This document shows, piece after piece, positions 39,919 through 48,913 of a stretch of 64,000 bases of DNA (position 1 is the first letter of the stretch; each line of letters begins with the position of its first letter). The DNA comes from a bacterium (GTDB taxonomy: Bacteria; Patescibacteriota; Minisyncoccia; Phycocordibacterales; UBA12088): NCBI GenBank assembly GCA_003252295.1, contig QKEV01000007.1:80139-144138 (forward strand). The letters are read 5' to 3'. Under the pieces are notes generated by a model that worked only from the letters and a program-made list of their open reading frames with translations, was not told the origin of the DNA and ran no database searches. Position numbers and translations under genes: made by a program.

Positions 39919-40074
39919 TCATTCTTCATTTGCTGTTTCCGTCTTAAGAGTAGGAAGTGTATCATCTCCGGTATCATCTTTCACAGCATCCTTCCGTACC
40001 CTGTCTTCATCACACCCCAACTCCCATAACATATTATTTAATATGTCTTCTGGAAACATGTCTTCTGGAAACAT
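39919..40074 (-). CDS. Putative 51-aa acidic microprotein
   Basis: AAGGAG SD; MFPEDMFPEDILNNMLWELGCDEDRVRKDAVKDDTGDDTLPTLKTETANEE with a 15-bp tandem duplication. Confidence 0.5.
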   Translation of the reverse strand: MFPEDMFPEDILNNMLWELGCDEDRVRKDAVKDDTGDDTLPTLKTETANEE

Positions 40075-40151
40075 AGCAACCTCCTTGAGGATAATTCATA
40101 CACCTTTACGTTGTTTCTAGATTATTTGTACGTGATACCCTCTTACCTGTC

Positions 40152-40184
40152 AAACACAAAACGCCCAGTGGGCGTTTTGTGTTT
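40152..40184. terminator. Intrinsic terminator after khpA
   Basis: AAACACAAAACGCCC-AGT-GGGCGTTTTGTGTTT. Confidence 0.8.
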
Positions 40185-40204
40185 AGAAAGTTTAAAATTT
40201 CAAC

Positions 40205-40567
40205 TTAGTCCATTTTAAGGTCAGCCATTGCCTCGTCGAGAGACTTGGTAACCTCAGATGTGTCGCTGTATGATGCATCCTCCTCAGCTGGAGCTGCTGC
40301 TCCTTCCTGTGAACGAAGACCACCTTCAGGTTCATTTATTTTAAGATTTACACGTGAATTGTTTTTCATTCCGACTACACGAAGTAGGGTACGTATTGCC
40401 TTTGCTGTGTTTCCACTGCGGCCAATGATTTTACCCATGTCTGCTGCGTCAACATCAAGAGTAAGAAGCACACCCATTTCATCAACGGTGCGATCTACCT
40501 TTACAGCATCAGGATTATCTACGAGTCCTTTAACAACGTACTCTAAAAATTTCTGATCATCTTCCAT
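40205..40567 (-). CDS. khpA: KH-domain RNA-binding protein KhpA
   Basis: LVDNPD.V, DMGKIIGRSGNTAKAIR; position after rpsP. Confidence 0.92.
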   Translation of the reverse strand: MEDDQKFLEYVVKGLVDNPDAVKVDRTVDEMGVLLTLDVDAADMGKIIGRSGNTAKAIRTLLRVVGMKNNSRVNLKINEPEGGLRSQEGAAAPAEEDASYSDTSEVTKSLDEAMADLKMD

Positions 40568-40675
40568 ATTACTTTTTTTCAGAATTAACTGGTTATCTGT
40601 TAATAAATGTGTCGAATACACTCGACTAGTACTATTGTACCTGCGAGTGCTGTATTCGCAAAATCATAAGTGCTA

Positions 40676-41095
40676 CTACTTTTCTTCAGTAGCTTCAGCG
40701 GGTGTTTCTTCTTTAGTTTCTTCAGGAGCTTCCTCAGTCTTTACCTCCTCAGTGTCGCCTTCCTCTTTCTTTGCTTCAGCAGGAGCTTCCTCTGCTGGTA
40801 CTTCTTCAGTCTCCTTTACTATTGGACTCTTCTTAGGAAGTACATTCTTCTTTTCTCCCTTTATTACACCTTCACGCACGAGAAGGTTGTGAAGCGTATC
40901 TGATACCTGTGCTCCAACACCAATCCAGTGCTGAACACGCTCAGTATCAAGCTTTATCTCATCAGTATGTGGGTTGTAATGCCCTATTAACTCCTTATAG
41001 TTTGAGCTCTTAGCAGCTCTTGTCTTTTCGGTAACAACCACGCGAAATTCAGCATGGTTTCTTCGTCCGACACGTTGCAATCGAATCATTAACAT
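40676..41095 (-). CDS. rpsP: 30S ribosomal protein S16 with acidic tail
   Basis: MLMIRLQRVG, GHYNP, GAQVSDT. Confidence 0.95.
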   Translation of the reverse strand: MLMIRLQRVGRRNHAEFRVVVTEKTRAAKSSNYKELIGHYNPHTDEIKLDTERVQHWIGVGAQVSDTLHNLLVREGVIKGEKKNVLPKKSPIVKETEEVPAEEAPAEAKKEEGDTEEVKTEEAPEETKEETPAEATEEK

Positions 41096-41179
41096 AGTGG
41101 GGAGTACTGTACCAGACTTACATAAAATGGTCAAGAAAAAAACGAACCCCGTGCAGTACGTACGGGGTTCTCCAAAAGA

Positions 41180-41836
41180 TCATGCAAGCTTTTTAATTAT
41201 TTTGCGTTCTTCTCGGTAACTACCAAGAAGTATACAAAGTATCGCGACACCAACGATGCTGGCAAATACAAATACGGTAAAAAAACAGATAAACGGAAGA
41301 TACTTTATGAGTATTACTCCTTCTGGTAATGCTGGATGCAACATCAGGACATACAAAAAATTTGTAAAGAAAATCAAGACTGCACCAAAAAAAATAAATT
41401 CTGCTTCAATTTCACCGACCACACGATAACATGCAAAAAGTATAATTAGTGCACCTAAAATCGGTGTAATAGTAAGGAGATGTGGTAGATATAACATGTA
41501 TGAGTCAGGTGCAGGAACGAGTGGTAGACTGATTACAATTACTTTTAAGATGATTGCAAACACAACACTTACTACAACCCATACCACGAGTACGAATAGT
41601 AGTCCACTGTAATCATTACCGTTAAAAACTAGGTAATCAACAACTCCTATCACTGTAGGGGTTGCAAACATAACCATTACCGCAATGACATACCAAGGTA
41701 TATGTATATCTAGCGCACTCTTTCCAAGTGGTAACGATAAATCGGTAGGTAATTGCGGTGCTGTAGCATAGAAAGCAAGCATAAAAATAATTAGAACTAA
41801 CCACACACTCAAGATTACTTTAAATTTTACATTCAT
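41180..41836 (-). CDS. Hypothetical polytopic membrane protein
   Basis: About 6 TM; AGGAGG SD. Confidence 0.65.
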   Translation of the reverse strand: MNVKFKVILSVWLVLIIFMLAFYATAPQLPTDLSLPLGKSALDIHIPWYVIAVMVMFATPTVIGVVDYLVFNGNDYSGLLFVLVVWVVVSVVFAIILKVIVISLPLVPAPDSYMLYLPHLLTITPILGALIILFACYRVVGEIEAEFIFFGAVLIFFTNFLYVLMLHPALPEGVILIKYLPFICFFTVFVFASIVGVAILCILLGSYREERKIIKKLA

Positions 41837-41970
41837 GTTTTCCTCCTATTTCACAGGTTGAGTGGATGAATCTTTTTCTGCTCACAAAATACCACATTTT
41901 ATTGAACTAGCAATACTAAAAAACTAGGTGTTGTACCTAGTTTTTTATTTTATTTGTATGTGATTCTCTG

Positions 41971-42687
41971 CTATCCCCACCCTTTTGCCTCGAGTGCTGC
42001 CTGAGCTGCCTCCTGCTCTGCCTCCTGCTTACTCCTACCCTTCCCAGTAGCCACCTGCTCATCGTTCAGGAATGCTCCAACAGTGAAATGTTTATCATGG
42101 TCTGGACCCTCTTCCTTCACCACAGCATAGCTTGGTGTGATAGAAACATGCTCCTGTGCCTTTTCTTGGAAGTAGCTCTTGCTGTCCTGCCAGAGGCGTT
42201 TCTTCACCACCTCATCAGCAAGCGGGAAGATATTTTTCGCAATAAAGTCATTTGCCACCTCGTACCCCTGATCAAGATAAATAGCGCCAATCACCGCCTC
42301 AAATGCATCAGCAAGTATGTACTGTCGCGCGCGTCCTGTGTCTCGTGACTCACCCTTTGACAGGAATAGACAGTCGTTCATACCGAGCTTTGTTGCAGCA
42401 CTAGAAATAGTATGTGTGTTTACGAGTGCAGCACGATACGCCGTTAGATCACCCTCATTCTTTTCTTCATACTTATCAAAAAGAAACCGAGTGACCGTGA
42501 GTTCGAGTACCGCATCACCCAAGAACTCGAGTCGCTCGTTGTGTTCAATACTCTCACCACGGTGCTCGTTTACGTAACTCCGATGTGTGAACGCAGTATG
42601 AAGTAATGAAATGGTGTTAAAAGATATACCAATATTATTTGCAAAATTTTGTATGTTGTTCTGTATTGTATCTCGTGACATAGACAT
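41971..42687 (-). CDS. rnc: Ribonuclease III
   Basis: NERLEFLGDAVL, dsRBD. Confidence 0.97.
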   Translation of the reverse strand: MSMSRDTIQNNIQNFANNIGISFNTISLLHTAFTHRSYVNEHRGESIEHNERLEFLGDAVLELTVTRFLFDKYEEKNEGDLTAYRAALVNTHTISSAATKLGMNDCLFLSKGESRDTGRARQYILADAFEAVIGAIYLDQGYEVANDFIAKNIFPLADEVVKKRLWQDSKSYFQEKAQEHVSITPSYAVVKEEGPDHDKHFTVGAFLNDEQVATGKGRSKQEAEQEAAQAALEAKGWG

Positions 42688-42746
42688 AAATATAACTACA
42701 CGCCCACTTTACCAGAGGCGCGTCTGCATTTCTAGTGTTAGCATTT

Positions 42747-43670
42747 TTATTTCTCGTCCCCAACTGCAAGGAGAACATTTATCGCTTTAGTAATGATCGG
42801 AAGCATGTCATGGTAGAAGTTGAGCTCAAGAATATCAGCAAGCTTAAACCAACGCGCATCATCAAGCCCTCCTTTGTCTTCTAGCACAATATCCTTAAAA
42901 GGTGCTTCAACAAGGAAATAGGTAACATTTTTACGTATCTTTCCTTTTTCCGGATTTGAAGCAACGTACTCATTCTCACCTAGTTTTTCTTTAATCGTTA
43001 CCTCAAGACCCAGTTCCTGTTTGATCTCACGAACCGTACCTTCCTCCTCGGTCTCAGCATCTTCGATGCCACCCTTTGCCAAGGTCCAGTGTCCAAAGAC
43101 ATCATGTACGAGTGCAACATACATATCACCCTCATGTTGGGCATACACCACAGCACCACCTTTTCGCTCAATTGGCATCTTTTCATATGGCACCATTGGC
43201 ATTTTCTTTTTCTTTTTTGATGTCTCGTCCTTACCTGGTTCACCAAGCTCTTTATAAACACCACCAATAACACCATTCACAAATGCACCTGATGAATCAC
43301 CACCAAAATTCTTTGCAAGCTCAATCGCCTCATTAATAGCAACTTTTGCAGGCACCTCAGCGCGATCAGCAAACAAAAGCTCATAGAGTCCTATACGCAA
43401 GATATTTCTATCTACTCGAGCTATCTTGTCGAGTGGCCACTCCGGTGCTGCTTTTGTAATAACAGCATCAAGATCTTCTTGTTTTGTTAGTACACCATCA
43501 AGGAGCCGCTTCATAAACGGCTTGTCTTTTGTAGTATCAGTAAATTCTTTGATGTTGCGGTCAAGAATTACCTCAGGCGTTTCTGCCTCGGTTTTACCTT
43601 CTTCTGTGTTCATGTCCCACTCAAAGAGTGTTTGCAGAACTATTGACCTTGATAGGTGTCTATTCGACAT
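42747..43670 (-). CDS. nusB: NusB fused to C-terminal Nudix domain
   Basis: RHLSR, DRNILR, VAINEAIELAK.FG; C-terminal WTLAKGGIE...REIKQELG. Confidence 0.92.
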   Translation of the reverse strand: MSNRHLSRSIVLQTLFEWDMNTEEGKTEAETPEVILDRNIKEFTDTTKDKPFMKRLLDGVLTKQEDLDAVITKAAPEWPLDKIARVDRNILRIGLYELLFADRAEVPAKVAINEAIELAKNFGGDSSGAFVNGVIGGVYKELGEPGKDETSKKKKKMPMVPYEKMPIERKGGAVVYAQHEGDMYVALVHDVFGHWTLAKGGIEDAETEEEGTVREIKQELGLEVTIKEKLGENEYVASNPEKGKIRKNVTYFLVEAPFKDIVLEDKGGLDDARWFKLADILELNFYHDMLPIITKAINVLLAVGDEK

Positions 43671-43739
43671 GGGTTATAAATGAACGTGCGTAATGTATTG
43701 TAAAGCCCCGTAAGTACTTCGTACCACCGGAACTTCACA

Positions 43740-44015
43740 CTACTTACTCGCCTCCTCTTTCTTCTTTGAAGAAGCTTTTTTCGTGTCAGCAACTTTCTTT
43801 ACAGGTTTTTTCTTAGCTGGTGCCTTTTTAGTAGTAACCTTTTCAGCACCACCTACAGCAATAATCTGCTTACCACGATACATGCCAGTATCTGGATCTG
43901 CAAAGTGACGTCGTCGGACGCCTGTTTTTGTTGCAACAAGACGTGGCGTGCCTTTGTTATGATGGGCACGACGTGAAGCCGTCTTGCTATGGGTCAATTT
44001 CATTCGTACTGACAT
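43740..44015 (-). CDS. rpmF: 50S ribosomal protein L32 (Cys-less) with Lys-rich tail
   Basis: MSVRMK..HS....RRAH, RRH, GMYRGKQI. Confidence 0.85.
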   Translation of the reverse strand: MSVRMKLTHSKTASRRAHHNKGTPRLVATKTGVRRRHFADPDTGMYRGKQIIAVGGAEKVTTKKAPAKKKPVKKVADTKKASSKKKEEASK

Positions 44016-44051
44016 AGCGTCTACTATACTCAACAATTCCAAATATGCAAG

Positions 44052-44171
44052 CCCTGTTAGAGATTAAAACTGTATAACCATGGCTTTATTAAGCAGGAGG
44101 TTACTTAAAAAACATCACGAAAATCGATCAAAAAACGAACGGACACGACATGTGTTCTATCTCTAACGGGG
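44052..44171. repeat. 120-bp element with terminal inverted repeats (MITE/REP-like)
   Basis: CCCTGTTAGAGAT ... ATCTCTAACGGGG (12/13). Confidence 0.45.
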
Positions 44172-44187
44172 TAATGGGTTTTCTACA

Positions 44188-44784
44188 CTATTTCTCAACT
44201 GAAATATTTTTACAGAACGAAATTCTGTGAATTGGTGTAAAGCCGTGTGTTGCTATTACCTCACGATGCCGCTTTGTTCCGTACCCCTTATGCCCAGCAA
44301 GTCCATACTCAGGGTACTTTTTGTCGTACTCCACCATGAGTCTGTCGCGCGTCACTTTAGCAACAATAGATGCTGCGGAGATGACAGGTACTGTATCATC
44401 ACCACGAATAACAGTCTCCTGTACCTTATACTCTGCTGGTGCATGTAAACCACCATCAAGAAAGAGCTCACAGTCGTTTGGATCAAGTTGTAATCCTTTC
44501 AGGGCATTTTTAAGTGCCAAACGTATCGAAGATTGTATCCCTGTAGTATCAATGTTTTGTGAGGAAACTGAAACGACAGCATGCTTCGCATGTTCCATTA
44601 CAGTAAGCTTTTGGAACCATGCTTCACGTTTCTTCTCTGAAAGTTTTTTTGAATCACGTACACCTTCAAGAATAGCAAAATCAGAATCTTTCTGTATAGC
44701 AAAAGCTCCAACGGTAACAGGACCAGCTAGTGGACCACGTCCAACCTCATCAATACCAACGATCCACTTTACTTGTTTTTCCAT
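44188..44784 (-). CDS. rnhB: Ribonuclease HII
   Basis: GIDEVGRGPLAGPV, DSKKL, AASIVAKV.RD, HKGYGT. Confidence 0.96.
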   Translation of the reverse strand: MEKQVKWIVGIDEVGRGPLAGPVTVGAFAIQKDSDFAILEGVRDSKKLSEKKREAWFQKLTVMEHAKHAVVSVSSQNIDTTGIQSSIRLALKNALKGLQLDPNDCELFLDGGLHAPAEYKVQETVIRGDDTVPVISAASIVAKVTRDRLMVEYDKKYPEYGLAGHKGYGTKRHREVIATHGFTPIHRISFCKNISVEK

Positions 44785-44855
44785 AATGACACAGTATACA
44801 ACGACACAACACAATTGTTGAAAAGTGAATTTTAACGTCATGGTATACTTTCGCC

Positions 44856-47800
44856 ATGAAAAGCGGTTTTGTGCATTTACACACCCATAGCCACTATTCA
44901 CTTTTGGGTGCAGTTCCAAAGATAAAACCCCTTGTTGCACGTGCAAAAGAGTACGGGATGGATACACTCGCACTCACTGATAACGGCAACATGTACGGTG
45001 CTATTGAGTTTTACCAAACATGTGAGAAAAATGAGATCAAGCCAATACTTGGTGTTGATGCCTACATCGCTGTGCGTTCACGAAAAGATAAGGAACATGA
45101 TCAAGATCGTACAAGATACCGTTTAGTACTCTTGGCTGAAAATAATACCGGGTACAAGAATCTTATTAAACTCGTAACAGATTCTTACATTGAGGGACTC
45201 TTCTACAAGCCACGTATGGATAAGGAAACACTCGAAAAATGGCACGAAGGGCTCATTGCTATACTCCCAGCATCTAAAGGACCACATGTAAATGCGCTTC
45301 TTGGTAATGATTTTGAAAAAGCAGAAGAGGTTATACAGTGGTACAAACAAGTGTATGGTGACGACAGTACGTTTCTAGAGATTACACATCACCCCGAAAT
45401 TGAGAATCATGAGTTTCTACAGTCTCAGATCAAGAAGCTCGCTGAAAAGACAATGACACCACTCATTGCCGCACACGACACCTACTACCTTGACCCCGAA
45501 GATCGTTCAGCACGCGAAACCATGATACGTATACAGACTGATGGCACCCTGGAAGAAGAAGGGTTTGAGGAGGATGAGAACATGTCGTTTATAAACGGAG
45601 AGGAAGCTGATAAGCTTTTTAAGAATGAGGAAGAGGCGCTTGAAAACACTCGCAAGGTTGCAGATCGCTGCAACGTACATATCACACTCGGTGAGTGGTA
45701 CTTCCCTGACTTTGAAATCGAATCTGGAAGGAATGCAGATGATGAGGTACAACATATTGCAACCACAGGTCTCAAATGGCGCAAAATGCCATATGAGGGT
45801 GCAATTAAAGAACGTCTCGACTACGAGCTCAAGGTTATTCGAGACAAAGGATACAGTGCCTACTTTCTTGCTGTTGCAGACCTGCTCCGTGAGGCACGCG
45901 AAAGAAAGATCCTCACGACCATTCGTGGTTCCGTTGCCGGATCACTTGTCACCTACGCCATGGGTATTACAAACGTAGACCCGCTCCGTCTCAACCTCCC
46001 CTTTGAGCGTTTCTTGAACCCACATCGACCGAGTGCTCCTGATATTGACATGGATTACGCTGATAACCGCAGAGACGAGATGATCGAGTACGCAAAGGAA
46101 AAGTATGGTCATGCAAACGTTGCACAGATTGGTACCTTTGGAACCATGATGGCACGTGCTGCGGTTCGTGATGTTGCACGAGCACTTGGATACTCCTACG
46201 GTATTGGGGACAAGATTGCAAAAGCCATACCATTTGGTTCTCAAGGTTTTCCAATGACTATCGACATAGCTCTCGACACTGAAAAAGAGTTTAGCGATCT
46301 CTACAAGAAAGATGCTGACACACGACGCATTGTTGATCTTGCTAAAAAGATAGAAGGGTGTGCGCGACATGTGGGAGTACATGCCGCTGGTGTCGTCATC
46401 GCCCCTGAACCGCTTTCCGAGTTTGTACCGGTACAACCTGACCCAAAAGGTGGTGGTAAATTTATCACCCAGTACGACATGCATGGTGTTGGTGAAGATG
46501 GTGTGGGACTTCTTAAGTTTGACTTTCTTGGTATCAAGAACCTTTCCATCCTTGCTGACGCTGTTGAGCGAGTTCGCGAACGACATAATGTCGAAATAGA
46601 TATTGAAAATATTGATCTTGAGGACAGAAAGACGTACACCATGCTTGCTCAAGGCGAGACTGGTGGTGTTTTCCAACTCAATGGTGCCGCAATGACACGT
46701 TACCTAAAGGAACTGCGACCTACGAAGATCGAGGACATAAACGCTATGATCGCACTCTATCGACCTGGGCCAATGAAAAACATTCCCGACTACATTGCTC
46801 GTAAACAAGGTCGCGCTCCGATACGATACTTCCATCCAAAAGCAAAGAACTTCTTGGAACCATCATATGGCATTCTCGTGTACCAAGACGACCTTTTGTT
46901 CTGCGCCCTTGAACTTGCAGGATACAACTGGGAAACGGTAGACAAGTTCCGTAAGGCAGTTGGTAAAAAGATCCCAGAAGAAATGGCAAAACAACACGTC
47001 ATATTTGTTGAAGGTTGTCAGAAACATTCTGGAATGAGTGCAGCAGATGCTGAAAAGATATGGGATCTCTTTGAACCATTCCAGGGATACGGTTTCAACA
47101 AAGCGCATGCTGCAAGTTATGGTAAAGTGGCATACCAAACTGCATACATGAAAGCAAACTACCCTGTTGAGTACATGGCCGCAATTCTTACTGCTGACTC
47201 TGGTGACGTCGAAAAGGTGTCTGAAGCGATCAATGAATGCAAGCGAATGAATATCCGCGTCTTGAAACCTGACGTGAATCAAAGTTTTGGAAACTTTACT
47301 GTAGTTGATAAGGATGGTGAAGCAGCTATACGTTTTGGACTGAACTCAATTAAAAACTTCGGTGAAGGTATTGCAAAAGTCATTATTGATGAACGAGAAG
47401 AAAACGGCCCATTTAAAAACCTTAGTGATTTTCTTACACGCATCCAAGACCGTAACCTCAACAAGAAATCACTAGAGGCTCTCATTAAAAGTGGATCACT
47501 CGACACGTTTGAGTACAAGCGTGGTCGTATGTTGCGATACATTGATGAGCTTCTCACCTTTAACAAAGAGCAGTCAGCTGATAAGGCACAGGTTTCCCTT
47601 TTTGCATCATCAGAAGACACAGGAACACTTACACTGCCAGAAGCAGAACAGGCGTCGCAAAGTGACATGTTGCGATGGGAGAAAGAACTCCTTGGTCTTT
47701 ATATTTCAGGACACCCACTTGATGAGTATAAGGAAAGGCTTGAAAAGTTTGGCAGAACAATAACCGATGTAAAACGTGGCTATGTTGGTGCCGATACCAT

Positions 47801-48074
47801 AGCTGCTGGCATTCTCACTGAGGTAAAACCGTTCACCACAAAAAAGGGTGACAAGATGGCATTCATTAAACTTTCAGACTACGGAGACACTATTGAAGCA
47901 GTTGCTTTTCCGAAGATATACAACGAATTTCGCAACATACTAGTACAAGAAAACTGTGTCGCTTTTAAGGGTCGCACAAATGAACGCAACGGCGAACGTA
48001 GTTTTGTGATAGACAAAGTGAAAGCTCTAAGTGATTTTCGCAACAAGAAACCTGAGGAGGTTGCTACTCAATAG
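44856..48074 (+). CDS. dnaE: DNA polymerase III alpha subunit
   Basis: PHP HLHTHS.YS, RGSVAGS, PDIDMD, YGFNKAH. Confidence 0.98.
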   Translation: MKSGFVHLHTHSHYSLLGAVPKIKPLVARAKEYGMDTLALTDNGNMYGAIEFYQTCEKNEIKPILGVDAYIAVRSRKDKEHDQDRTRYRLVLLAENNTGYKNLIKLVTDSYIEGLFYKPRMDKETLEKWHEGLIAILPASKGPHVNALLGNDFEKAEEVIQWYKQVYGDDSTFLEITHHPEIENHEFLQSQIKKLAEKTMTPLIAAHDTYYLDPEDRSARETMIRIQTDGTLEEEGFEEDENMSFINGEEADKLFKNEEEALENTRKVADRCNVHITLGEWYFPDFEIESGRNADDEVQHIATTGLKWRKMPYEGAIKERLDYELKVIRDKGYSAYFLAVADLLREARERKILTTIRGSVAGSLVTYAMGITNVDPLRLNLPFERFLNPHRPSAPDIDMDYADNRRDEMIEYAKEKYGHANVAQIGTFGTMMARAAVRDVARALGYSYGIGDKIAKAIPFGSQGFPMTIDIALDTEKEFSDLYKKDADTRRIVDLAKKIEGCARHVGVHAAGVVIAPEPLSEFVPVQPDPKGGGKFITQYDMHGVGEDGVGLLKFDFLGIKNLSILADAVERVRERHNVEIDIENIDLEDRKTYTMLAQGETGGVFQLNGAAMTRYLKELRPTKIEDINAMIALYRPGPMKNIPDYIARKQGRAPIRYFHPKAKNFLEPSYGILVYQDDLLFCALELAGYNWETVDKFRKAVGKKIPEEMAKQHVIFVEGCQKHSGMSAADAEKIWDLFEPFQGYGFNKAHAASYGKVAYQTAYMKANYPVEYMAAILTADSGDVEKVSEAINECKRMNIRVLKPDVNQSFGNFTVVDKDGEAAIRFGLNSIKNFGEGIAKVIIDEREENGPFKNLSDFLTRIQDRNLNKKSLEALIKSGSLDTFEYKRGRMLRYIDELLTFNKEQSADKAQVSLFASSEDTGTLTLPEAEQASQSDMLRWEKELLGLYISGHPLDEYKERLEKFGRTITDVKRGYVGADTIAAGILTEVKPFTTKKGDKMAFIKLSDYGDTIEAVAFPKIYNEFRNILVQENCVAFKGRTNERNGERSFVIDKVKALSDFRNKKPEEVATQ

Positions 48075-48672
48075 TCACCTCTTTTGAACCTTTTCCGTAT
48101 TCTGGATACTCGATCTCAAACGTATACGTACCGCTTCGAAGCTGATAGTAATCCTGCTTATGCGTCACCCCAAACATTCGTGTATCTCGTGCTGCAAGCT
48201 TATATGTCACCCGTTCATCTGTAGTACAGCGATCTGTATCTTTACTCGTGTACAACTCAGTTCCCGTTTCGTCATATATCGTGTACACCACCTGACAACC
48301 ACGCTTTGCTTCTAGCATGATAGGTTCATCAGTCTCATTAGTGATCAGTAGTAGTAACCCATCAATATCTTCATACTGATTATAAACCCCATCACTCTCG
48401 CCAATAAATTGACTCACTTTCACAGAAACCTTGTCTGCATTCATTGCCACATCTTTAGTATCATTCTTTACTTCACTCTCATTGAACATTTGCCCTAATT
48501 CACGTGCAGTTTCCTGTTTCTCCGTACTAATGATTCCACGTTCAATGAGCATCTCAATAAAACCAGTCATGCTGTACAGCACAAAACCTTGTGACGACAA
48601 CGCATGCACTGTTTGATTGGTAACAAATGTAAATGTGAGTGCTACAAAGAGCACACAAAGTATCTTTTTCAT
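48064..48672 (-). CDS. Exported protein with BsuPI-like Ig domain
   Basis: Signal peptide; ITNETDEPI.L...GCQ..YTIYD..G.ELY pattern. Confidence 0.55.
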   Translation of the reverse strand: MKKILCVLFVALTFTFVTNQTVHALSSQGFVLYSMTGFIEMLIERGIISTEKQETARELGQMFNESEVKNDTKDVAMNADKVSVKVSQFIGESDGVYNQYEDIDGLLLLITNETDEPIMLEAKRGCQVVYTIYDETGTELYTSKDTDRCTTDERVTYKLAARDTRMFGVTHKQDYYQLRSGTYTFEIEYPEYGKGSKEVTIE

Positions 48673-48767
48673 GTCACTATGATGCACGCAGAAGGCCTTC
48701 TCTGCAAGCGAACAAACGGTAAACTATTTCAAACATGATACGTAAATACCATACACACGTAGCAGGG

Positions 48768-48796
48768 TTTACAAAGTTTGCTAATAGGTATAGCAT
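48768..48796 (+). promoter_or_regulatory. Sigma70-type promoter of thrS leader
   Basis: TTTACA-17 nt-TAGCAT, 6 nt before leader ATG. Confidence 0.6.
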
Positions 48797-48802
48797 CAAA
48801 CT

Positions 48803-48841
48803 ATGTCATTGACTGGTACAACAACAACGACAACTTCCTAA
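48803..48841 (+). CDS. Thr-rich leader peptide MSLTGTTTTTTS
   Basis: 7 Thr of 12 codons, directly upstream of thrS. Confidence 0.85.
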   Translation: MSLTGTTTTTTS

Positions 48842-48893
48842 CCCTCACGCGGGCGTCGTTGTAACACTTTGACCCCGCACAAGGGGATTTTTT
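48823..48893 (+). promoter_or_regulatory. Transcription attenuator (protector/antiterminator/terminator)
   Basis: ACAACGAC:GTCGTTGT, GCGGG:CCCGC, CCCC-GCACAA-GGGG followed by A and a T-run. Confidence 0.8.
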
Positions 48894-48913
48894 ATTAAAA
48901 CTAGTTCACATGT

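Noticed and set aside
45942-46676. 244-aa antisense ORF in dnaE and many other shadow ORFs in the track
   Set aside because: Opposite-strand or off-frame to well-supported genes, with no recognisable motifs
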